From positions 52,392,001 to 52,456,000 of the forward strand of contig NC_045707.1 in assembly GCF_009834535.1 (NCBI RefSeq): a DNA stretch of 64,000 nt, in the 5' to 3' direction. Below the pieces are notes generated by a model. The model saw nothing but the letters and a program-made list of their open reading frames with translations. It did not search any database and had not been told where the DNA came from. The number at the start of each line of letters is the position of its first letter. Positions within the stretch are counted from its first letter, which is position 1. Below, piece after piece: positions 23,201-37,025 of the stretch. This DNA is from Camelus ferus (taxonomy: Eukaryota). The translations under genes and the position numbers were made by a program.

Positions 23201-24514
23201 ACTCCTCTTCTTTGTCCTTCCTTGGTGTGTGTGGGAGAGAGAGAGACACAGAGACAGAGAGAGACAGAGAGGCAGAGACAGTGAGCCCTCCTGACGGTTT
23301 CACTTCGGACGGTAGCTCTGATGCTTCAAGATCACCCCAGGCTGCTTACTTATCTCTTCTGTTTCCACCGCGTGAATCCAGGGTGCCTGTCGCCCATCTC
23401 ACCCCTTTGTTTTCCTCCCCTTTTCGTCTGTAAGTGTATTTTTCGGGCTGTCCGTCTGGGTGGGTGCAGGAGGGTGGCCTCCAGCCTGGCCCCTGGCCCC
23501 GCTCCCTCTGCACAGAGCGGGTGGGAGGAAACCTCGGTCTTGGTCCACGTGTCCCGGGGGCCCAGGGACGCCACCCACGCTGGCGCTTGGCTGCGTGGCT
23601 GCGAGGCTCCGTGAGGCCAGACGGTGCTGGCTGGCAGTGCGGTTTGGTGGCACTAGTGTCCGCCTGGCACGTCCTGGCCCATTCGGCCGGTGCCAGCCTC
23701 CTCGTCAGACCACCCACAGTCCCCTCCCCGAACGTGAAAGCCTGTGAAGCCTGTTGTTATGGGTGTGGTTCTGTGTTGGGAGACTGGGCCAGCCACGGGC
23801 ATTTCTTCCAGCGGGAGAGCCCCCCTCAGCCGGCACCGTCGCCAGCACTGTCGCCGGCACTGGGAGCACAACCTTCTGAACAGAGCGGAACCGAGTTCAC
23901 CCGCATCCCTGGGAAAGATGGGGGAAGTGCTGCCACCCTGAGGCCGCACGAGGTACGGCAGGCAGTCCCGGAAAGTCAGATTGGCTTGTGTTTCCCCTTG
24001 GATTTGTGAGAACGTCTCCTCTCCCCGGTTGTTGACTTCGTCGTCCCCGGCCGCGTTGGCAGTAACTGCAGGAAGGAATTACAGGACCTCAGAGGACCCC
24101 TGTCCTCACCTATTGGGTGATGTTTATCCACGCCTGCTCCCTATATGTGATCGTCCCTGCCCAGAAGAGAATCAAGACTCTTGTTTCAAATCAACTGCGA
24201 CCTTCCGGGGCCCATGAAACTCATCACCAAAAAGGGATGTTTATCCGTGAATACATTTTAAGAAGTATAATTGCTGGGTCATTGATTACGTGTTTAAGAT
24301 GCTTGTGTAATACTTCAATAATAAAACAGAATAAACAAAAAAAATAAACAATAGGCTTGTGTATTATGACAACCTGAATTCCAAGGGGGCCGTGCCGTTT
24401 ACTGCTCAGTGTATAGGACCACCTACTTCCCATCACCTTGAAGACATCGCGGATCCTCAAACGTTTTTTGATTTTGACGTGGGTACCTCTAATTCTTCAT
24501 GAATTTTGTTTAAT

Positions 24515-24800
24515 TTACTTTTAAAAATCGTAGTTGACTTACAACATTTTATTAGTTTCAGATGTCCAACAGACTTAGTTTCAGGTGTTCAGTGTTTTTG
24601 TAGATTATACTCCATTTAAAGTTATTATAAATACTTGCGCTAAACATTGCGCTTTCCTCGTGCTGCACAGCGCATACTTGCTTGTTGATTTTCTGTATAA
24701 TCGTTTGTGCCTCTTAATCCCCTCCCCCATCATCCCAGCCCCTCCCTCTCTCCCCGCTGGTAACCACGTGTTTGTTCTCTGTATCTGTGATTCCTTCATA
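24515..24800 (-). mobile_element. L1 3' end
   Basis: tagttgacttacaacatttt...ttatactccatttaaagttattataaa...ctggtaaccac...ctctgtatctgtga. Confidence 0.8.
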
Positions 24801-26789
24801 CATTTTAAATTGCGGGATTGAAATTGCTTTTGGTCTAAGAAGACTCATTCAAAGTCAGTTATTCACTTACTGATCTACAGAGGGTAATGCCCTGCCATGT
24901 CTTTTCACTTGACTTTTAGTTGGTTCCGTTTCCCTCTCTCTCTCTCTTTTTGGTCTTGAAGGCATTTGAAAATGATGTGGTTACGTTTATTGGTCCTTCC
25001 CTTATGGTTTTTGGCCTCAGTGGTCTTGTCAATTCAGATAAAGTGGTAATCAGAACACCTGGCCCCTGGTCAACAACAAAAAATACCTGGATGAAGTTTG
25101 TGTGTGTGTGTGATAGCCCTGATTTAGTAGCACCCAGGAAATCAGCAAGGATGCTTTCAGCGTTGAGATGTGGATGCAGCTGCCTGACCTAGAAGACACC
25201 TGGTCCCTCCCACAACCGTGGGGTAGACGTGGGCTGGACGTGGGGGTTCCTCCGGGCCCCTGCTGCACTTCCCTCCATCTCTGATGGCTTTAGCTCCCCC
25301 TTTCCTGGTCCCAAGACAGTAGCCTCGGCTACAGGGATCACATCCAAACAGGACACAGTGCAGAGGAGAGAAGGGGCATCTCTCTCCCTTGGTGCTTTTT
25401 AAGAGCTGGGACTAAGACTGACCTTCACGTCTCATCGTCCGCACTGTGCTCCTGCCAAGCGCCAGCCAGGAGGGGGCTTGATCTGCTGAGGATGGAGCGA
25501 ACCTCAGCTCTTCAAAGCAACGGTGCCTGAAATCCACCACAGGGTAGATCTGCGGCGGGCCAGGTCACCCGTGATGAGAAGGACCAGGTCCTGACTGGGA
25601 CGTGTTCAGCCGAGAAGGCAGCCTGGAGGGACTGGGGGCTGGACGGGACCCCTGAGGAAGGGGCAGAGCCGGGTGGGGCCGAGAGGACGCACTTGGTCCT
25701 GGCTCTGTTCCAGCCTGTTAAACCCACTCTTCCCCCCACGGTGACAGTCAAACAGCCTTCTGTCTCTGAAAACTGCAAAAAGACTTATGAGAATCATTTG
25801 GAAAACTGAGAAGAAAGAGTTCAGAGCAATGACCCTGTACAGAATAAATCTATATAAAAGTCTGGTGTTCTTCTGTACACTGAGATAATAATTTTGAATA
25901 CATAGTGGAAAAGTTTCATTCACAATAACAACAAATATAAAAAGCAAAAAATAAACTGACAGAAGCCATGAAAGAAGATTTGGGATGAAAAAAACTAGAA
26001 ATTAACTGAAAAATCGTAAGAGAGGATTTGATTAAATGCAAAGACAGTATTTCTTCAGGGAAAAGCTGAGAATTAACAATGATGTCAATTTTTCGATAAT
26101 TATATTACGTGGAGGGAGAGGCAGGTGGGGAGGGACGTGGGGAAGGGGAGGCGGGGCCAGGTGGTCCTGGGTGGGGTGGGGCAGGGAGTGGCTGGGGGGT
26201 GGCTTCCCAGTGCGGGGGGGTGGGAGTGAGTGACGGGAGCCCTCGGGGAGCTACTGAGGGGTCTGTGGCCAAATGTGGCTTAGGGCTACAATTTAAAAAA
26301 TATTCTGCTTTGTGCTCAGATTTAGATGCTGTGTGTGTGCTGTTTTACCAGATGACCTTTGATGGCTTAATTTAAGGTCTTTTGTCCCACTTTTTTTATG
26401 ACCGCACTAATCTGGCCAGAGCAGCGCGCTGGATTTGGGGAGGATGTCCGCCTTCTTCTTAGTGAGGAGGCTGGAGAGGGGCATCCATCCGCCTGCTGAG
26501 AGCTGTGTCCCCGCTGCCCCGCTGCCTGGTGTGCTGGCCCGCAGCCCCCTCCCTGCCCTTGGGTCTGGCCTCCTGTCTGTGGAAACGGGCTTCCTGTTTC
26601 CTTTGCTTCTGCTCACATCAGCACACTGGGCACAGGGACTCACTACATTCCAGCCTAAGCTGAAGACAAGGGAACATTTTTGTCAGGACCAGCGAGTCTT
26701 GTCTTGGAACATGTGGACCCTTAGGGACACGTGGAGGGGCCTCATGGGGTCGGCCAGACCTGTGACTGTTGGCATGGGTTATACATTTG

Positions 26790-26960
26790 CTCACACACAC
26801 ACACAATACGTGTTATGTGTGGGTCCATAAAGTATGCTGTATGTATATGCACACACGTCACATGTGCACATATAATATACACTGTATATATGCACACACA
26901 TGATATGTGTTATATGTGGGTATGTGACGTATGCTGTGTATATATGTACACACACCTATG
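26790..26960. repeat. Alternating purine-pyrimidine (CA/TA/TG) low-complexity tract
   Basis: Direct inspection. Confidence 0.8.
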
Positions 26961-29418
26961 ACATACCCAGCAAAGGGTTCATACTCCCAAAAGCTGAGTA
27001 CCCGTTGCCCTGTACCAGTGACCCCTAAACTTCCTGGACTGTGCGCCCCCCGGCTCTGTCACTGCTGACACGTAGATCACATGCAGGCGCTCAGTGATGG
27101 ACTGAAGGTCCCCATTTCTGGTGATGATGGGGCTGTGGTTCTGCGAGCTGGGATCGCATGTCACCCAGCGGGTGCTTTGTCGCCTCGGGGGGAGCGTGAC
27201 CCTGCTCCTTCCTGGTGTTTTGTCCCCACCCTTCCGGCCCTGGTCCTGTCACTGCTTCTGTCTCGTGACGTGGCTGATGGACTAGCGTGAGGAGAGGTGG
27301 GTTTGGCCTTTTTGGATTTTCAATTCAAAAAATTACTCTGCTTATTGAGAATCTAAAATCTGTTCCTTTTCCGATTTGGTTGTTGTCATTTGGAAACTGT
27401 CAGCACCTTTGGCACAATGCCCGTAGTTCTTGCCCGCCAGGCCTACGGGCCCCGCGTCTCCTGTGGTCCGCAGACCTGTCTTCTCAGTTTTGAGTGCACC
27501 TGTGTTCCTTGAATTAACTCTTTCTATATTTTACCCACATTGTTGTGAGTTTGGGACAGAGGCAACCTCCCTGGGTAATCTGACAAGCAATGATTCTGGA
27601 CATCAGATCCATGTAAGAAAGTGAACATTAGGAGTATAGATAACTTATGTTTTTAAAATTTTTAACAATTTAAAGAAATTTTAGAAAATAATACAACGAA
27701 AATTTAGAAAAAAATGTAATAAATAACATACTATAGCACATCTACCTGCCACCCAGCTTCATTAAATCTTAACACTTTGTCATACTTGCTTTAGATTAAA
27801 AGAAATTAGAGATAGAGCTGAATCCCACTGTATACACTTTTCCAACTCCACCCTCTACCTTTCCAAGGTCACGATTCTCAGTAACTTGGTGTTTTTCATT
27901 TCTGTGTGTATTTAATCCTACCACCCCATTTGTGTGTATGTATAAATGATATAAAATACTGTTTTGTAGGGCATTCATCTGTTTATAAATTACATTTTAC
28001 ATTACATATCTCTTGGCCATTTGTTTTTTAAAAATATATAGTTCAAGTTCATTGATTTGATAAATATGCCTTAATTTAGCAACTTCCCTGATTTATTTAT
28101 GTGCACGAGTCTTTGTTAGAAGCCACCGGCGAAGACAGGATTTAAGGCGGAAGTCCTTCCGCTCTCAGGTCATAATTTCTATCCAGACACTAGGTGGTGA
28201 TGTTGCGCTTTTAAAACCAGTTTTCTTTTTAGAGGCACTGGAGGGGTGAGCTACAACTTAAAAATAATCATTACATTTTCAATTTTAGCTCATTTTGGAA
28301 TCATATTTCCCCATTGTTTAAAATGCAACAAGAACTCTTAAGTCTTAAGCTCGGAGGCACTGGATTTTGTTGTGCTCAGATAACAACCCCAATATCTAAG
28401 TAAAACGATATAAAAGTGAAATCTATCCTCAGGTGAAAAAGCATTAGAATTTTCCCATAAAAGGGACTTTAGAATTTATGCTGAAAATATTTAGAGACTT
28501 GACAGAGATTCTTATTCTCACGGAAGAGTGTGCCGAACCCAGTATTAACCGTTTTTTAGTGTACCTGTTTTCACAGAGAGAAAAAAGAAAAGGTTATTCT
28601 AGAAAGAAAAGATAATTTACAAGATAATCATATGATCTGGGGAGAGGAAAGAGACACAACTCTCTGGGAGAGAGCTCTCTGCAAACAAGCGCACTCACCC
28701 AGGATGCTGCTTCTAGAAGGAGGGCGAATGCCAGGAAGAAAGAGAATTATTCAGACCAAGACTGTCCCTCCTGCACGACGTGAAGGGGTGGGCCCTTCTC
28801 CCCCACCCACACTTGCTCTGACTGTTAATTTAGTGGAAAAGTGGTTTGTGGGCCCAGGGCCTGAGACGGGTCACCTGTAAGTTCTGTCCCATTGACACCA
28901 GGCAAGCAGGGGCAGGAGGCTGGGGGAGGGGCGCGCATCTGATTTGATCTGTCATCTGTGTTCACAAACCCTCACTTACTGATAGACACACACCTGCCAG
29001 AGCTGCGGAGTGTTTTAGGGGACAGTTTCTCCTGGGCTTCAGAGCCGGGGCACCGACCTTTCAGTGTTTTTGACCTACTTGTCTGTTCAGTGCGGGCTCC
29101 CAACTCTTAGGACTGTGGTCAGGACTTAGCAACAGCAATAATAAACAAGGATTAAAAAAAATAACATCCAGCGCTTGGACCAGAGAAGCTGTCATCCATG
29201 ATCTATCTTTTTTCTAAAGGTTGACCAAGAACAATCCTAAATTCGCCCGATCTGAATTACCGGGTAAGGTACGTAAGATCTAGATGTCAAAAGCCAACTC
29301 AGACCTTAAAAATGGTCACAACTATATTTTAATTTGATGAATGTGTATATCTTTCCTTATTTGCAGTTATTTTTATAGCAAATTCCAAGTTGTTTTACAT
29401 TCAAAATGTCACTGTACT

Positions 29419-29517
29419 GAGGGTGTACGTACAACTTAAGTGGTAGAGCGCATGTTTAGCATACACAAGGTCCTGGGTTCAATTCCCAGTACCTCCTCCA
29501 AAAATAAATAAACCTAA
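29419..29517 (+). mobile_element. tRNA-derived SINE (Vic-1-like)
   Basis: AGTGGTAGAGCGCATGTTTAGCATACACAAGGTCCTGGGTTCAATTCCCAGTACCTCC. 18-bp TSD tcaaaatgtcaYtgtact at 29401-29418 and 29518-29535. Confidence 0.88.
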
Positions 29518-30356
29518 TCAAAATGTCATTGTACTTAGTAAAACCAAATGAACCTCTCCCCGACAAATAAAAAGCAAAACAAACAAATAAGAACCCCCTA
29601 ATATGTGAAGCAGTGGATTCCACAAGTGACTTAATTCTGTAATAAGAGTTTTTAAAACTGCCCTGGCTTAGATGTTCATAAATTCTCGAGATAAGAATAT
29701 GAATATAAGTACGGAAATTTGGTTTTGATTCAATTTCCCAAACTAATTTTCAGATGGATAGTCTAGATAAGCATAGATAATTTCCTTTCATTCTGTCTAG
29801 CTAAACAGGTAAAATTGGAGGGACGCTCAAGTCTGTGTTGTTGTACGCTGTTCGTCAAAAGCTTTGAGATAATGGAAATTCGTATGAATATGAATTTGAA
29901 TTTTTGTTAGATTTGTTTTAGATTACTGTTACATATATTTTTAAAAATACTACTCTATTTCATATATATTATGTATGTATAAATTGGTAGTTTCTAAAAC
30001 CAGCACCTATAAAAGAAGTGAATCTTCTCACTGTCCTACCAGAGAAAACATACTCTCTCTACATCCTTGATCTCATGTAATTCTCTTTTTTTTCAGGGGT
30101 TCACCCTCCCTCTAGAAAGCCATGCCCTGGGTGATTTTCTCTGTTTTCAAAGAATCATCTCTCAGGTAGATTGATGTCTTTTCCCCTCTAAAGCATATCA
30201 TTTGAAATAGTGAAACCTTGAGTTCAGAAGGTTCTTTCTTGCAAGTGTGACAAACACACTGGGAAGCACAGGTACCCCAAGCAGATGGAGTGAGAAGACA
30301 GGACCCTTTGTTTTGGAAGGAGTTGGGAGCAGTGTCACTAAGGCGTGGAAGAGTCT

Positions 30357-30504
30357 TGATGATGAGATGACAATGGTGATGATGATGGTGGTGATGGTTG
30401 TGGTGACGATGGTGGTGGTGATGGTGGTGGTGATGATGGTGGTGGTGATGATGATCATAATGGTGATGATGATGATGATGGTGGTGATGGTGGTGGTGGT
30501 GATG
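30357..30504. repeat. Mixed (GAT/GGT)n trinucleotide repeat
   Basis: Direct inspection; explains the poly-M/V and poly-T/I ORFs. Confidence 0.95.
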
Positions 30505-30588
30505 GAAGGCAGCTGCTTTCCTGGAGGCCCTTACTGGGCTCGTAGCCTGTGCCCAACATCAGGTCTACATCAGGTTCCTGGGTCTGCA

Positions 30589-30818
30589 CAGTGGTTGTCA
30601 ACTGGGATACCCTCCTCACCCCTCCCCGTATGATATCTGACAGTGTGACAATGTGACAATGTCTAGAAACATTTTTGTTTGTTTCTGGGGGAGGGGTACT
30701 ACTGACATCAAGTGGATAGAGGTTGGGGATGATGCTAAACGCCCCACAATGCACAGGACAGCCCCCACAGCAAGGAACCTTCCAGCCCAATGTCACTATA
30801 CTGCAGTCAGGACCCCTG
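30589..30818 (+). mobile_element. MER20 (hAT-Charlie DNA transposon)
   Basis: cagtggttgtcaac...gatgctaaacgccccacaatgcacaggacagccccca... Confidence 0.85.
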
Positions 30819-33800
30819 GCCCTCGTGTGGCACGCTGACCCCGCTGTGTGGCTTAGACTCAGGTAATAATGGACATCTGGGCCCCAGGTGAGCACTTCAG
30901 GATGCCCTGTGATGGGAAGATACAGATTTCTTACTCTTTGTTCTTCTTCTATTATTGTGTCCACAAGATATGAAAGCTCATTGCTTTTTCGGTCTTTTTT
31001 TATGGCTATTTTAGAAGGCTTCAATGATCTTTCAAAGAAAATTGTACAAATGAAACAGTGTGTATTACTAATGTTACTATAACTTAATATGAGTAACATG
31101 AGCTGTTGTTCTGAGTGAGCCTGTTAGAAATAATTAGCGTTGTACTGCTAATTGGTTTTATAAAACCAATGTTCAGTTGAGGATGTGCTAAATCACAGGC
31201 CATGGGGACGTGCTGGTGAGGGAAAAGATGCAGTCGCTGACTTCCTAGAACCAGTAGTCTCAGGGAAAAGGCACCCACAACTCAGGTAATAACCGCAACC
31301 AGAGCAAAGCTGCAGCAGGCTCGGTGCTGGGGAGGAGAGGAGCCGGGCAGAGCGAGGCTGGGTGGGATGGGCGAGGGCGCAGGCCGAGAGGAGCAGTGGG
31401 GCTGGGGGCCGTGGGAGTCGCTGGTCAGTGGCACTGGGGAGCAGGAGGGCCAGCTTGGGACTTGAGCGCTTTATCATCAAGCAGTAAGAAGCATGAACTT
31501 CACTGTAGGTGAGACATAGTTGGTTTTTCTGTTTTAAAAAAAATCACTCTGGTTGCAGAATGGAGAATGGATTTGGGGGGGGGGGAAACCATTTCATTGT
31601 TCTTATTTCTGTTATATAAGTGATACCCAAGGGCTCCCCCTAAACGGGCTTTGGTCAGGTGAGGAAGAGACCTCGCCTCTAATGCCCCGGTGTGAGGTGG
31701 GCTTCTTAACAGGCTGATGTTTGGAGCCAACGTGAAAACTCTAAAAGTGATGTCCAGATGGTGGGGCGAGGCCTGAACTGGGGCAAGTAGCCCAAACCGA
31801 AGAGCCAGGGGTTTCGATGCAAAGCATAAACCAAGATGGCACTGAGGCCAGAACTTCAACAACGGAGGACACACGGGTGGTGGAGGGGAGAGTCTGGAAG
31901 GATCTCAGACCGTGGGAGCACGCTCCCTGTGACTTTTCCGGGACACAGCAGGGCAGGTTCCCTTCCCGCAGACAGCCTCTTGTTCTGGATGGGTAGGGAC
32001 CAGAGGTTCCTTGGGTTTGAGGAACAAATCCTCTTAACTAGCTCTTTCCAGTTTACAGCGTGGAATGTAAATTTCCCAAACCACCATTCCAGCTGGCACT
32101 TTCCCCAAAGCGCCGGGGCAGGACCAGCCCTGATATCACCAGCATTCCTGTTCTTTTGTCTCAGAGTCTCCAGACTTCCTGCCAGGGCAGGTGGCCAGTG
32201 TGCGTGGTGGAATATGGGGTCCCAGCAGGTTGGGAGAGGCAAGCAGCTGGGAAAGACAAGCTGGATGCCCATGGAAGGGACTGTGGAGAGGCCAGAGGAC
32301 TGGTGACCTCGCCACCCAGAGGTGTTTGTTTAATAGTTAAATAAACCACACAAGAATGGATTTGCCCGCCACTAAGATTCAAGCTCACCCTGCTCCAACA
32401 TTTGGGGCTCTGTTCAACTTCTGTATCGTTCTGCCTCTCTGGTCATCCACGCCCTACACTCTGCATCTGTGAGGGGGGCATTTAGGGTCCTGGGCTCTCC
32501 AAGTGGGGCTCCTTGTGGGCGGGGCTGCACGCAACAGGAGGCATCAGCACAAGGGAGTGGAGGCGCACAGACCATGCAGCCACGGCGAGCGTGCGCAGGG
32601 GCCCTTCCGACAGTGCTCAAGGACACCGGGGAGCAGGCTGGTGACCTGCTGGGCGACCCCCAGGGCAGGTGGACCCACAGGGCCTCCCTCCTGCAGGGAT
32701 GGGAAGGATGCCCAGGTCTGCGTCAGACTGAGGGGCTCACGTGATTGGTGGTCTGATTGCCACGCCTTGGCATGGGCTCCTTCCCTCCCTAGAAGGTGGG
32801 TGTCCTGTCCCCTCTCAGTGCTGGCTCCCTCTCTCCCTCCGCTCCCCAGGACCTGTCCCCTCTTTCCAGGCCCTCACATCTGCCCACGCTCCCCCTCCCC
32901 CCACCTGCCCTCTACAACCCCCACCCGTCTTCCTGGAGGGAGGAGCACTGCCTCTCCCTCTGCTCTGCTGACGATGAGCCTCAAGGCTCTTCACCTTTGA
33001 TCATTTTAAATCATTTTGATCATCATACCTTTCATCCTATGATCAAGATTCACACTTGGAAATTAAAAAACAGAACATTAACCGTGTCCCGGTCTCTGCT
33101 TTCCTCCGATAGTGCAGTGCTTCTAACTGAGGACGCAGATTGTCAGGAGCCATGGGAAAGAAAGACACAGGCGGGAACCAGTCTGCCAGGAGGTTACGTC
33201 TGGGCTCACTGGCTGCTTGGTTCTCCCATCTCACAGGAGTGGCAAGGAGTTCACATGCATTTCGAGACCCCGGTTTAGGAGACTCTTAGGAGACTGCGGG
33301 ATAGCTGGGGGGAGGGAGGGGTGCCCAGAAGAGCAGTGGCCTCTTGAGTTGCATCCGCGTCCCCTGTGCTGGCATCAGGTCCCGGTCCAGCAGCGCCTGG
33401 CTTTCGCATCCCATCTCCCTCCTCTTCTTCGTGGGAGCCGGGCGCTGGTTGAGGTGAAGGGCCAGATGCTCACTAGGACACCCCCGGGCTCTCTTGGAGC
33501 TCCTCCCTCCCCAAGCAGATTAATTTGTCTAAATATCAGAGAGTCAGAGGGTGTCTCCACCCACCACCATCGCAGTGACTCCGCCTTCTGGCTGGCTGTG
33601 CAGACCGCCCCTGACCTTGGTTTGGAAACCTACAAAGTGCTCCCCTGACCATTTCCTCGTTGTCACTGGTTCTCATAAATGCAAAGGCTTTTCTTCCCTC
33701 CTCTCTGGAGAGACAGACTCGTGGCTCCTCTTCTGGCCGAGCCCACCCAGGCCCCCTCCCGCCCACCTGCCGGCCTCCTCCACGCCCTGCACCCCGGGAG

Positions 33801-35189
33801 CTCAGTGGAACCTGCCTATCCTCCCTGTGGTTTCTGTGGGAATCACATTCCGATCCTTAAGTGAAACGTCATCTCTTCGGGGACGCCTGTGTGACAGAAC
33901 AGGAAACTGGTCTCTCTTTCTGAGTATCAAGCTCTCCACTGTTGGAAACCTTCTTAGTTTGGACCTTGACCCCAGGGGAGTGCAGTGATCTCTGGTTTAA
34001 CGTGATGAAATCTTAGCCCCAAAGGGCAAACCGGATTATTACTGGTCGTACATTCTTAATAACGCACTAAATGAGCTGCAACCATGACTAGAGATAAAAT
34101 AGGAGTTAATGGAAACACATTACGCTATTATTAGCGTTTAATGGAAACTTGTTAAGATTTTATTTAAAACACGGTATGAAAAGTGAAGTTATAATGAAAC
34201 TGCACAGAGGAGGGAGTTGCCAAATGACCTAGAAGTGGATGAACCCGCAGTGAGCTCTGGTTGGTGGCACTGTCCCAGCTGTCACCTGTCATGAGCTCTG
34301 TCTGTGTTCTGCAGGGACAGTGAGTCACAACCACGGCTCGGACGTGGTCTCACCAGGTCTGACACTGCACCCAGGCAGGCCAAGGGCCGAGGTCAGAGTC
34401 TGGCTCCTCCCCCGGCCGGCTTTCTGTCCCCTGGGACTCTGAGCCTGTATGCAGGGTGGTGGAGGGTGGGGGTTCCTGTGGGACTGGGATGGAGCAAGTG
34501 GCAGCCGCTGGGCCCCAGTGATGTACTGAGGGCTGAAGTTTCCCAGCATTACTTCCGTGGTGGGAGCCGTGCCGAGAACACTGTCACCAGGGCTCAGAGC
34601 TCCCCAGCGCACCGTTGAGCAGACTGATGCTTCCCAGGTGTGGCCCTGCTGTCACTGCTTCTAGGAAGGTGCAGGAAAAAACCATCTTTTGTTGCTTAAA
34701 GAGGAGGCTTCAGCTTCTGGAGTGTTTCCATGATCACAAACCATCAGCAGCTCAAGATAGGCCTGCCGTGCATGTGTGTTCACACGTGAGGATGGCCTGA
34801 CCTTATTTTTAGCAATTGAAATGTGGGTTAGACCCCGCCTGACAGACTTGGTCTTCCTGCTGTGTGGGGGCCCGGGGAATTTAACTGAATCTAAGCAACA
34901 CGTGCACGTGGTTAAAGGGACAGATGCATTTTCTGTGGGGGACAGAGAGCAGCGGGTGGCTTGGGACTGGGAACGAAGTGAACCCCACGCTGAGAACCGT
35001 GGGGTCTGCGTCCCCACCCTCCTTCTCCATCCGTGTGAGTCTCAGCCGGGCATTCAAACTCGCTGCAATTTTTTACATCAAAATTTAATCAGTGGGAAAA
35101 GGACCAGACAGACTGACTTAGAGAGACCCCTCCGCGCTGGAAGTTCTCGCTTAAGGGCGAAGTGACCAAAGAGTCATCATCCGAGGCCA

Positions 35190-35620
35190 CTCGCAAAGCG
35201 TATGCAGTACCAAAGCATTCAGAAAATCATAATCACTGAAGTCTGCGTTCACCTTGAGGTTCACGCTTGGGGCTGTACATTCTGTGGGTTTGAGCAAACA
35301 TATAGTGACATGAATGCATCCTTATAATATCATTCAGAGTATTGTCACTGCCCTAAAAATCCTCTGGGCTCTGCCTTATTTATTTCCACCTCCTCATCCT
35401 CACCTCTGGCAACCACTGATTTTTTTTTTTTTTTTTTTTTGCTGTCTCTCAAGTTTTGCCTTTTCCAGACTATCACACAGCTGGGGACATGCAGTGTGTG
35501 TGCCTTCTCAGATTGGCTCTTTTACTGAGCAATATGCATTTAAAGCTCCTTCGTGTCTTTTCACGGTGGAGCACTTTATTTCTTCAGAGCCTCATACTTC
35601 ACTGTCTGGATGGATCACGT
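35190..35620 (-). mobile_element. L1MC/MD-like 3'UTR fragment
   Basis: gttcac...tgtacattctgtgggtttg...actgccctaaaaatcctctg. Confidence 0.75.
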
Positions 35621-36779
35621 GGTAATTTCTCATTACGAGAGGGACCAAGTGGAATAAAGCTGTTCTGAAGATCGTGAACTAGGAAACAGCAAAAGAACTG
35701 AGAAGCAGCAAAGTGGCTGAAGATATAAAGTCAAAGGGGTAGTAGACGTGGAGGGGCTACCTGGAGGCAGCCATCCCTTTCATCACGCGGGAGTGGAATC
35801 TGCCGGTACGAAAGCTGCAGGAACACAGAGTAGGAAGCTTGGTCCCAGAGTTTCCCAGTCTGCTCAGCGGAACATCACAACCGCATCAGCGCTTCTCCTT
35901 GAAATTGCACAACTCGTAGAGTCATTAAATCTTATTAAATCAGTCCAAGACTATTGGGAGTTGTAACTGTCGGTTTCCAAGCACTGTGTAAAGTCTTATC
36001 AAACCATAGGCTTCTCTAATTGTATCTGAGACGCTTCCTTCCAGAACACACACACATAATCACCAAACCAAGGCGCTTGGAGACTCCTTTCCTTGGTTGA
36101 TGTGACCCTCCAGCAAAGTAACGAAGTGAATTAATTCCTAGGTGGTTAGCACTTTTTATGGTGACTATATTGGCTTAATAATGAAGGAAAGCCATATGTC
36201 TACGAGCTTCTGCATGGATATAGATCGAGAAAGTGAGGGAAAGCCAGTGTTTTGTTATGAGACCAGAATGTTGAATTTACATTATTTTCGTCTTACTTCA
36301 AGCAAGAGACTGTGGTTTGAATAACTCTGCTAAACAGCTTCGGTGATGAGTCTTGCGACTCTTTATCTTACATCTCCATCCTTCCAAAACAGAAGTAAAC
36401 AGCAAGACTGCACAGAATTGTAATTATCCACAAGAGCCCAAGAATCTGATAAAAATGGAAATAAATGACTCAATCAAATGACAAAGTAATTTTCTATTTT
36501 CAGCTGACTGTTGGGGAAAGCAGTGAAGTAAATTTTCTCTCCACTTTGTAGAATTGTAAAAATTTTATTGACTCTTGGCAAATCCTGTTGTTACAGACCG
36601 TCCATCCTTCCGATATGTTGACTACTTGATTATTTATCGTCATGATTTTGCTGTGTGCATTGTTTTTTTCTTTTTTAATCTCATGAGGGGGTGGGGATTT
36701 GGTTAAAATTTAGTAGTTTCTACTTGAAACTAAATGGAGTCCCTGGTGTTATATCTTGTTATTTTTTTCTTCTCTTTTT

Positions 36780-37025
36780 ATTTTTTCAAATGTGATGTAA
36801 TTGACATATAACATTATGTGGGTTTAAGGAGTACAATGCATGGATTTGATACAATTATATATTGCAATATAATTACCACCTTAGTCTTAGTGGGTGCCTC
36901 TCTTGGGTCATGTAACTATTTCCTTTTTGTGGTGAGAACAGTTAATATCTAGTCTCTTAGCAACTATGAGTGTATAAAGCAGTCCTGTTACCTATAATCA
37001 CCCCACGGTGCATTATCTCTTCAGG
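36780..37025 (-). mobile_element. L1MA-like 3' end
   Basis: taattgacatataacattatgtg...gtggtgagaaca...tctcttagcaac. Confidence 0.75.

Noticed and set aside
21600..24009. 219-aa and 191-aa ORFs
   Set aside because: Pro/Gly/Ser/Ala-rich, no recognisable domain or splice support. Expected in GC-rich sequence.
30198..30633. Poly-Thr/Ile and poly-Met/Val ORFs (mucin- or TM-like)
   Set aside because: Translation of a (GAT/GGT)n repeat.
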